Part shown: positions 27,301 through 38,500 of the stretch, piece after piece | How positions within the stretch are numbered: the stretch's first letter is position 1 | Layout: every line of letters starts with the position of its first letter | Source: Lingula anatina | Lineage: Eukaryota > Animalia > Brachiopoda | Length of the DNA stretch: 64,000 nucleotides | Assembly: GCA_051362555.1 (NCBI GenBank) | Contig: CM120640.1 | Coordinates: 61,172,788-61,236,787, forward strand | Reading direction: 5' to 3' | Position numbers and translations under genes: made by a program | The notes under the pieces: model-generated | Databases searched by the model: none | Seen by the model: only the letters and a program-made list of their open reading frames with translations | Told to the model about the DNA's origin: nothing

Positions 27301-28986
27301 GTGATTTTAATTTTCTTAATTGTAACTTCATTTATCTCCTTCTAGACCATTAGAGTGAGGAAATTCAAACTTCAGGGATATGGATGGGCCAGTAATAACT
27401 TATGTGCGTGTGGGTGTTGGGTTGTACTTGGGGGGTAGGGGGTGGTTGATTCTTTTTTACATTAAGCGATTTACCAATACTTTTTTATGCTTTTTATGAG
27501 GATTATATGCAACAATTTGTCCATGTAGGACCCATGCATTGTCATAGATATCACAGGAATGGGGTCCTGAGGGTGAGCTACTCTGTACCATCTGGGGAAG
27601 CGCAACAATATGCTATGGCTACCCATAGACACCAGCTAGTTTTCATTTTATCATAGCTTAGAATAATATTGAATGTGATTGAAAAATTATGCTTCTTTTG
27701 TAAAATCAATTGTGACAGAAGTTGGTTTATTTACTGATTGCCGTTTCAGGCCTCAATACGAGGTGGGTAGCTGTGGTCGTGCCTCTGTCATCTGGGAAGT
27801 CAGTCCCTTAGCACAGAAAGCAGAACCCTCTGAAAGACTTTGTGTACTGGCTTACCCTAAAAAACCTTTAAAGGAGTATTTGGAAAAAGAGGATAGGTAA
27901 CACTGTTATGATAATGAGCATTTGCTAGAATACAATACATTTTCAGTACCATTTCACATGTACGTACTTTTATGGGGTCTTTTCCCTCACTGAATTACAC
28001 ACGTAAGTTTGTTGAACGATCTTGTATTAAAGAGGGAATCATGAAATAAATATCCTCCTCCATACCTACAGTTACTTCTTTATTGATATTATTTTTTTTC
28101 TTAAAAATAATAAGAAATTATCAATATTTTTCAGTAACATAAATTTTTGTGATAAAATAAAGTCCAAACCAAGTTTGACAAAAGTAATTTTGTGTTACAG
28201 ACGTTCATTTGCCTACAGCTGTGGACGTGTAAGTCCAATTTGGGAACTGAGTGAAGCTGCAAAACAGTGCGAGGAAAGGCCTCGAACAAGTAATTTGTCA
28301 AGACCCAAGTCGGTTCATCCTGATTTCCAAGGAGAACGGGAGATAGCAACTATCATCCCCAAGCCAGCACTAACTCATGCCAAGTGTACTGAAAGACTAG
28401 AGTTCCTGGCTAGGCCCAAAAGCCGAAAGGAGGGTCCATTTAGAGAACCACAGTGGCCGGTAAGGAGCCCTCAAAGAATTAACTTCTCTCTGTCTTACTT
28501 TAGTAATGGTTTACTTTGTCAGTTCACTATTACAAGCTTTCAGGAAGATACTTTTGTTTGTTCCTGAGACTAACTTGGCCATTAAAGCTACTGTTATTTT
28601 TTCATACAATTTTAGTATGTGCTTTTTCAGTTATGATAACATAGTGTATTTTGAAGTTTAAGTGAAAAAAAATTTTTTTTTGAAATTACTAGGTTGCCAA
28701 GACAGCTATGTCATTTAATGCCTCAAACCGCCAACTGGAACTTGCTAAACCTAAAACATTGCCTGAAGGCTTTCAACCAAACAGGGAAGACCCACAGTGG
28801 AGAATTTCAAGAGCCTCTAAAAAGGCTATTGCAGGTGTACGTCTCAATGAACTCTCAGTTCCAATCATCAGAGCAACAATGGACCATGTGCAATTTGATC
28901 CAGATGCTTTTCTAGTAAAAGAAGCTGCTCTCAAAGCAGTTTGCTCAAGACGCACAGAAGAACTAGCCCAGCCAATTCAGCGTTAG
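24309..28986 (+). CDS. THEG: Testicular haploid expressed gene (THEG/SPMAP2)-like repeat protein; exons 24309-24324, 25064-25126, 25574-25604, 26315-26377, 26776-26910, 27750-27896, 28201-28459, 28693-28986
   Basis: Repeated THEG-type units W.vS..A.....s.Rl..LA.PK: RIFELAHPK, RVIQLANPK, RLCVLAYPK, RTSNLSRPK, RLEFLARPK, RQLELAKPK, RTEELAQPI. GT-AG introns are in phase. The first three small exons are less certain. Confidence 0.85.
27004..27265. mobile_element. Complete, almost fully palindromic PIF/Harbinger-type MITE in a THEG intron
   Basis: Arms GGCTTCGTTCACATG...GCGCGAGCCAGTTACT / AGTAACTGGCTCGCGC...CATGTGAATGAAGCC, each about 120 bp. TTA target-site duplication at 27001-27003 and 27266-27268. 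Confidence 0.9.
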
Positions 28987-30028
28987 CTTCATATCATCTC
29001 ATTACATTTGCTCACGTTTCTCAGTTTGAAGCAACACATCTATCGATGGTAGTAAATACTTAAAATCGTAATCAGTTGGAACGACTGTTCTTTTTGTTCA
29101 ACTGCAGTTGGACATCAAGAATTGTGACCTCTTTGTTAATACGTGTTTGAAAGCAGATGTACACTTTCAACACAGAAATTTTCTTTATTATGACCATTCA
29201 TCTGTTGTTGTCTATAAAACTGTGATAATTTGCTCAATTTTGCTCACTTTCAGTTGGTGCTGAAATAACTGAGAGGAGAACATCACTTTATACTTACGCA
29301 GATTTTTTCTTATTAGTATGGATTTGTGATTTGAAGTGCTTTTTAACTTACTTTTTCAATACTAACATTTTAAAAAATTTACTTGTGGAATCAATGCATT
29401 AGATCTGCTATTTTGAATATCATTCATTGAAATTTGGTGATTTTTCTGCAGTGCCTCCTTATTTACAGATTTTACCTCTTGACCTTATAGAAGCTGATCA
29501 AATTTATTCAACATTATGCAGATAATTTTCAGACATGTCTGACATTGCCAAGTGTGTAATTTGCTCAACAATGCTGATTTCAAATAAATTTACATTTAAC
29601 AGATATACTGTTATTAATTTAACTCTTAAGTGTATGTCAACTCTACCCAGACAAATTGAAACAAGTTAAAACTGTCTTAAATAACAGGTACAAATCAGAC
29701 AAAGCAAACCTTTTACTAAATTCACACCTGCTTACAACTTGTATATATGTCAGAAAGCATTTCATTATTTGGAAAGGAAGTTTTACACTAGTACTTTAAT
29801 TAAAGCAAGGCTAATCAAAGGGATTATTTGCAATAACTGGCTAATAAGAATAAGTTGCACGTGAACTGGCAGTTCATAAACTTTCCGCTGAGTCTGTTGA
29901 TATAATGAAACAAAGTCAGGGCTACATTACACATTAAAAAAGTTTTATTTCTGATGATGAAGCCAGTAATCCCCATTTATCTTTTCCTTTGTCCATCAGC
30001 TATCATGAGTTGCTATATCAGATTTTAA

Positions 30029-30630
30029 TTATTTTGATTTAAGGTAGATATTATATTGTTCCGGAATACTCATAAATGTCCTGATCTTTCTTCTTATTTG
30101 TTTGGGCGTTTCTTGGTAATAATTTTTTTCGTCCTTCGCCATGGCCTAAAAAATCAATTTTAACAATTTTTATCATGAAACTGATATCACAGAAGGTATT
30201 TAAATAAATAGATAGTGCCAGATAAAAGACAACCTGTACAACAAAAATGTTTAGAGAGGTATCACTTATTATCCAAATTATTGATTTGTATCATTTTTTA
30301 AAAATTTGTATTAATATTTTTCAACACATTAGCATAGGTCTTGATTCTTAAGGTAAAATAAAAGAAAAACTTTACCTTGTAATCCTCTCCATATTTTTCC
30401 ATCATATAAATACAATATTTAACTTCTGGTTGTGATAACCTAACTTTTCTGGGCTGTGGTATGGATGCCTGCTCTTCCAGAGCTGGGAACAAAATTTGAG
30501 AACTTTGCAGATGTAAAAAATATATGAAAACAAGAAATCACAATTTTACATAGCTTCTTATTTTCCCAAAACAAAACAAATATTTTTATAAGGGTCTTGG
30601 GTCAACTGGGCAATACTAATAGCATTTGGA

Positions 30631-30665
<35 letters not shown>

Positions 30666-33600
30666 AAATTTTGAAACAGTTACTTTCATTATTTGACTTA
30701 CATATCTTCCCGATTCTAATTCTACTGGATGACTAAAAACATTCACTCACTGATACTATGAAACTGTTCCCATACCTAGCTCTATCAGGATCGACCCAGG
30801 TATGAAAACGGGTCTATTACATTTAGATAACTATGCAGAAAAGGATGACTAAAAACATTCACTCATTAATACTAAGACATTTAGATAACTAAGCAGAAAA
30901 CTAATCAAAATTAGACACATATCCACATAACACTTATCAATCTTAAAGAATTACATAAACAGGGAAAAGTTTTATGTGCAATTTAATATAAGTAAAATGT
31001 TAATTTTCAAGGAGGAAACCCATGCATTATAATTAGTTAATTAGACAAAAGGAAGAAAACTAGACATGTACCAGACATTTATCAGAAAATAACTAGAGGA
31101 TCAGAGAGGCGATACCGCCTCCTGATATTGTACCACCAGCTGGGGTAAGCGCATTTGTATGGGAAAGAAAAAGAAAGTGGGGCCCCACCTGTATGGTTGT
31201 GGGTGACAAGCTGCAGGAAATGTAGTAAACAAGGTGTTTTTTTTTTTTTTTTCAGTTTTGGCATCTAATGGCTGCTTTTCCCATGAAAATGCACCGATTG
31301 ACCCCGAACTTCCACACATTAAAGCAGTCTGCAATTGTAACCCCTCAGTATAATATGAGAGCTAAGGTCTGCTTAGTTTCTGAACATTGGCACAAACAAA
31401 TATCTTTTTGCAGAAATTCCCTTTTTTGCGATCTAGGAGGATAATTGGTAATAGTGCCTTTTATCCCACGCCACCCTGCGGAGCCGTACGATATGGGTTG
31501 GTACTAAAACCACGAATACCCCCAGCTTACACACTGGTGGTACTAACTATGGGCATATCTTTGCCAGTTTTGAAAGTATAAGCACTAAAAAAAGTTGCAA
31601 AGTTCAGTCCATGGTGAAAAGTAGGTCAAAGGTCAATTTCAAGGTCACAGTTAAATTGCCAGTATATGACTTCCTATTCAACTTCAATAGTAACTATTGA
31701 CCCAACTCTTCTAGTTTTGGAGATATAAGAGACTAAAAATGTTCAAACTTCAGTTAATGGTGAAAAGTAGGAATGTACTTTTTGATACAGCATAACTCGT
31801 GAACCATATGGAAAACAAAAAAACGGAGACCACCCTCAGTGTTGGGCTTGACATGCTCTATCAAATGCAAAAAACAAGAGGTCTCTAGCATTAACGACTC
31901 CAGAATTAGAGAGAGTTTTATGTTTCAGCATCTAATGGCCGCTGTTCCCGTGAAAATGCATCGATTGACTCAAAACTCACAGAGATGAAAGATAACCTGA
32001 AGGGTAACAACTACCAAAAATATTAGAGGTTAGGTCTGCGTAGTTTCTGAATATCAGCACAAATAATTTTTTTTTCGTAAAAAATTCCCTTTTTTTGAAA
32101 ATTTTGGCCTGTTTGACCTTGAAATAAAGGTCAAAGGTCAAATCCAAGGGCATATTTGGAATCCTCATATGTGACTTTCGGTCAGACTTCTATATTAATT
32201 TTTCCCATAATTCCTTCAGTTTGGGAGATATATAGCATTGAATTTTCAAAAATTTTGACAAGGGTGCATTTCAACGAGCGTCATGCCCAGGCAATTGCAC
32301 CGATCGAGACAAAAAAACCAGGGGGTTCAAGTTGAGATTATATGTGACCTAAATCCAAGAGATGGGGACACAGGTCCATGCAGTCTAGGAGGAGAAGCGG
32401 TAACGGTGACTTGTATCCCACGCCACCCTGCGGAGCCGGCGGAGCTCACGGAGCCGGCGGAGCCGTACGATATGGGTCGGGACTAAAACCATGAGTACCG
32501 CCAGCATACACGCTGGTGGTACTAATTAATTCCCATAAACAGGCACATTTCACAAGTTAAAGAATAGGGCAAATCTGCCTTCCAAACCATGACTGCTTCT
32601 TCTGCACTGACCTTGTTATTTTAAAGAAGTTCTCAATCTAAACCTTGCATACAACTTCCAACTTTTTATTTTACGTTTCAATCCTTAAACTCTTTTTTAA
32701 ATAAATCGAAAAATTGGAAAAGTTTACTTCCAGTAACCTTAAACATAGTAACCTACAATTTTGAAATGTAACAACCCCTCCCACAGAACAATAAAGAAAC
32801 CACTGGGCAACAGTATTTGCAAAACAAAACAGAATGTACATGAAACTGTAAGATCTGATCATGCTGATTATCAAACTCAGCCTGCCTTTTTGCCTATCAA
32901 AACCTTCTACTAAATCTACATTAAAACAAAAAATATGGTTTGGCAGTCATAGTGTTAACAAATATGTGGGACAGCAAAAGCAGCACAACATGGATACATT
33001 TTAGAGTAACTCTTACCAAATTAATTCATAAAAATAATTAAATGTGAAGATTATATTTTCAAAATTATTCATTCAAATGAAATGCAACCAAGTTAAAAAA
33101 GATTCTGTTTTTAATGTCTCTGCATTTAAAAATCTTAAGTATATTGATAGACACAAGGGTTTCAGTGTCATTGGTCACCTAACCTCTTCATACCCAATCA
33201 AAATGCCTCACATACCCTTCCAAAATGCTAGGTGTTATTTTCAAATGTTTATTTATTTTGAATTGATTTCTCATTGAAATGTTTATAATCAAAATTTCTT
33301 TCATAGGTTGTTGACTCATATCATGTTTGAGGAGAATGTGAAGTAAAAAGCTTTTAGCTTTTGTAGTTACTGAGAAAACTTCAAAAGTAGGTGCCAAAAT
33401 CATCTGGAAAGGACAAATTGATATTAATTCATCATTTATTTTCTTATCAAATATATTTTACTCTAACTTAAATTTAACATCTTTAGCCTTTATAATTAAA
33501 AATGATCAATGTTTTGAAAACTATATCAAAAATAAAAAATGTCCTTCCCAAACACTATTTTTCAAAATAAAAGTGCAAATAGAATCATAATTTATCATCA

Positions 33601-35497
33601 AAACCTCGATTCTGATGACTACAGGTGTCTGGTTTCAGAAATTTTAAGTTTTTCAGTAGGAGTCTTTTTGTATTTTAAAGTCTGGGGACCAAATACCACA
33701 TAATGGCCCAACCACAGGTAAACAGAAATTATATGGCCACTTCCAGTGTCTGTATATAAAAAGGTTACTTAACTGAATGCTATAATACATAGTACTCAGG
33801 AAAAGGTACGCTAAGGCAACATTGCCTACTGTTAGATTTTTATGAGCCCGAAAACAGCCCAATGGCCTATTTTTAAGCTGTACAAAATTCACTTAAATGA
33901 AGATCGTGCAAAATTGCTTACTAGTTTGAATTCATGGTCCATAAAAACTCCAGACAGTCGATATTAAGATCGTTAGTCATGTAGGAGCCATTCATAATTC
34001 ATGGCACATTACCACTACTGTAACGGTTAAATATGAGTTAGCACAGATGATATAATTCTTTGATAAATTTCACCTTGAACTACTTGTCTCTTCTGGTGTT
34101 GTCCCTCTAACTGGAATGTTTCTTTGGGTATCTCATCTGGGTTTATAGCAGTCTATATCAAAAACAAAAACTTTCACTTACGAGGTGACATGAAATATAT
34201 CAAAATAAATTCACAATTCATATTCAAAATTTAAAGTTTTTTCAAGTAAAATATGCTTTACCATATCTTTTACATAGAAACTGAAAGAAAATTACTTGGC
34301 AATTTAACATAAACATACCTTTGTTTTAGGAACAGGGATTGTTTTGTTAGGATCATAGGAGATTCCCATATCACTCATATTCTGAAGCACAGATCTTTTA
34401 CTATCCCAAGCCCCTCTAATTTCATTGCTGAAATACAAAATGATGTTCATTTTGAAATTAAAGCTCTAGAATAAGTGCATATATATATCCCTATGGTCTA
34501 TTTCCCTTTCAAAGAGAACCAGTTCTGTTAAATACAAGCTGCTGTCTGGCAATCATTGATAATGCTGGCTGTCTTCTGAGGAAGCTGGTCGTCAAAATGA
34601 CTGGGCTGTTCTCCGGAAAAAAAAAAAAAAAAAAAAAAAAAAACTTTGCACATGATACATAGCAGGTTCTCTCTGGTGTCTACAGAACATGTTAATATTT
34701 CTTCTATTAAACATTTATTTCCTTTGGTATTTTATTCAATGTGTTTTTACTGAGCAAAAGTTTAAATGATTAAAGCAATAATAACTCTTCCTTTGAGATT
34801 CAAAATTCTCCAAGAAATACATTGTAAACAACGCATGGAAATATATTATATTGCATTTCACCACTAAAACAGTTGATTTTGTAGTAACACTAAAAACTGT
34901 GCTTGTCAGTAGGGCTTTCGATGCCTTTTTCCCGGTTGTCAAGGCATCCATTGCCAATGATGTTGGGGTGTCATGCGGATTCTCGCATTCATTCAAAACC
35001 AATATGGCGGCAATAAGATAGCAGTGCATGATGCAATCCTCAGACGTAAGTTGTGAGTTTTTGTACAGTGTGTCGGATAACGAATAGCCCAGAACTGCAC
35101 ACATTGTAGATATAAATGCATTTTGAACAACAAGACGAATATATCGTATGAATCTTATATTATTGTTATATAGTGTTGTTGTAGTCTGGTTTTAAGTAGG
35201 TCACCAGAAAACCTCGCTCGATATCGTGTGACTATGCAATGTCAGAGAGGGCTCCGTCAGTTAAAATCTCTTAAGAGATTTTAAGAAAAAAACAAACTTT
35301 TAGGGAAAAAACCCTAGACTAACTTTGAATGCAGGAATGGGTCGTTGACCATTGGTAAGTACGGGGAAATTGCCGTTTATTCCAGGAAAATCAAATTTTT
35401 GGCCAAAACGAAGAGTTATTATGACTTTAACCATTTTGCATAACATTTAAGGTGTGTTACCTAAGTTGTGGGGGTACAGACATTTGGAAAAAGAAAA

Positions 35498-35531
<34 letters not shown>

Positions 35532-38500
35532 TATTTTTTTTTTTCAAAATCTTTCCTGACAAGAAACATTATACTTTTTTTTTAGGGCTAATACTTTAAT
35601 AGACTAATCTGCAATACTGAATAGGGTGCATGTAATATTTTGATTGCAACCAGCAAATTAAATTATTGTCAGGTATTTTTATCACACTAAACAATTTGCA
35701 CATTGTTTCATCAAAGTAGGAAAATAAAATTTTGTATGGTAAATCAGTAACAGTTTAAATAATGTGTTATTCCCTTTTTTACCTTTATGATGACGTATTT
35801 ACTGTCGCTGTTGTGGATGTTATACACAGATTTTTGTTTTTTTGAATGATAAGAAATACCACAAAATCGTAAGTATCCTAACTAGAAACATGTCAAGTAA
35901 TTATACTGGTTAATGGTTAAAAGGATTGAAATAAGTTCTTATCATTGACCAGGGCAGGGGTGGTTGACTTGAAAACTGTGCATTGGGTGTGGCTGAATTG
36001 CGCAATACACTGAAATACAGCGCAATACACTGAAATACAGCGCAATATGGCAACACTGGGAAAAAAGTCCACTTACAATTACACAAAAGAAATGGTCATT
36101 CCCAACAAAATAGGGTATTATTGCCCTGAGTGTCAGAGTCACTGTGAATCGGGCTTCAACAGTGAGCTCTGAAGAACAGCGACCATGTTCGACTTTCTTC
36201 AATCAAAAAGAACTGCTCCACAGTGAATCTGCAGCTGAATGTCATTAAACCAAAATGAAATGTAAAACAGATTTAATTCTGCTTTATTTAATTTTATTTA
36301 CTGTTTTTAAGATGTAAAGTGAAAAATAAATAATGTTTCTAAAAGAAAAAGACATATCCAATGTTTTTTGTATTTTTTGCTTATCAAAAAACATTTGCCC
36401 CTGGAAGCATGAACACACGTGCTTGCCGTGTGCCAAGTTTGACAGCTACACTGTATGCCTGATACCACTATAAGGGCTGTGCAATAGCTACACCAAAATC
36501 AGTTTTTAAAGTAGAATGTCGCTTGTATTGTGGCACTGACCTTAGACTGCAAGATATTTTTAATTCAAACTTCTAACTCCGCGTCAGCCACTTTGCTTCT
36601 TGACTCGTCTGCACGAGATAACGTCAGCGCAATGTGGGAAAGGCAGCTCCAGGTGGCCAAACCTGTGACGTACGAGACATGACTTCCAAATATGGATCCA
36701 GGCGGACACATCTGTGACGTGTGACTTCCAAATATGGAAGCGCCCCAGGCAAAATTTTGAAGAAGAACGCCTACGGATATTCGCTAGAGCCTGGTATTGC
36801 TGATATATATGAAATCAAGATCGAACTGGCAATACTGGAATCTAGAACCTAGGGTAGGTGATATAAAAGCAAACTATATTACTAGGTAATTAATATCGTT
36901 AATATAGATTAAACAAGGCAGCAAAGCTGTCAAATGTACAGACAAAAAGCAGGAAATAACAAAACAGGCTACTGTCAATTTTGATGCAAAAGTACATTAT
37001 GCTTAACTGCAAATTCAACATCAAATTTTAATTATGCTCAACAGGTATTACCAATGTAAGTGAAATGTGTAACAAGCGTAAGGCTTCAGGCCCATGGGAG
37101 TTTAAGTTCACACTTTGAAAATGCCAGAATGAGAAAAATGAAAATTTCACATAAAACTGCTTAAATTCAATAATAAATGATAACCCATTTGAGCTGGCTT
37201 CCTTATTTGAACTGCATGCCAATCCTACAAATCATATTTGTAAGTTGAAAATAATAATAAGTAACACAGTTTTCTTTTCATAATGTTTGTAGTAGCAGTG
37301 CAAAAAGATTTTTGTCAATTTTGATGTAACATTACATAATAAATTACAGAATAATTATCACCAATTTTTGATTATTGACTATAAATAGCATGGACATGTA
37401 GAAAATTTGATTACCATTTGGCTTCATGTCCATGGGAGCTTCGAGTCCCACAATGAATATGCCAACATGATAAAAATGAATATTTCACTAAAATGTATAA
37501 CTTCCAGAAAAAGAAGCCAATTAGACTGCTTTTCTAACTCAGGCTGCAATTTAGTCTTGTTTCTTTTTTGAAAGATTGACAATCATAAGTAACATGGTTC
37601 TCCCATAATGGTCATCATGGCAGCAGCACCCAAAATTGTGTTTTCTTCTATTTTAATGCAATATTACATAATGCTTAACAGCATAATGACCATCAGTTTT
37701 TATTAATAAAAGATCCGTATCATGGATTTTCAGAAATGTGACTAGCATGGGTCTTCAAGTGGGTGGAGATTCTTAAGTCACACCTTGAAAATGCCAATAT
37801 GTGAAAAATTAAATTTTCACAAAAAACTGATTAACTGCCAAAAAAATTTACCAAATAGACTGCATTGCCCACTGAAGCTTTATTTAAGTCCCATGTTTCT
37901 TCCTGTAAGTTTGAGAACAGTAAGTGACATGGTTTTCCTTAAATGGTCATCATGGGAGCAGTGTCCAAAATAGGGGTGACTTCAAATTTTGATGCAATAT
38001 TACATAATGTTTAACAGGATAATTACCATCAATTTTTAATAATAAAATATTAGTATCATGGATATTCAGAAAATGTACCTAGCAAAGGTCTTCAGGCCCA
38101 AGGAACTTCAAAGTCACACCTTGAAAATGCCAAAATGTAGACAAGACAGCACTGTCCTGAAATGTGTTTTTTTTTCATTTTTAACAATTTTTTAACATAA
38201 AATAAAATTAACAATTTACTGCCATTTAAATATGATCAACTAAGAAAATTGATGAGATGGGAAAAATATCAATAGAACAGTGTTTAATGTCCAATTTCCT
38301 CCATTCTGAGTTTCTGAACATAGTGAATGAATGAATCTGACAAACTGCAATGAGTTTATTTCCATTTTTGAAACTCTATTATACAATACATGATAACAAG
38401 TTTACCATAATTTTTACATAATCAACTAACAATGTTGTAAAGATGCAGGAAATGTCAAACAAACACTTTTACTAATCTTATTAGTTAAATAATGAGACTG

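Noticed and set aside
33188-33403. 71-aa minus-strand ORF after an AG, as a possible extra NOP16 exon
   Set aside because: NOP16 is complete and in phase without it, its phases do not fit, and it has no Nop16 similarity.
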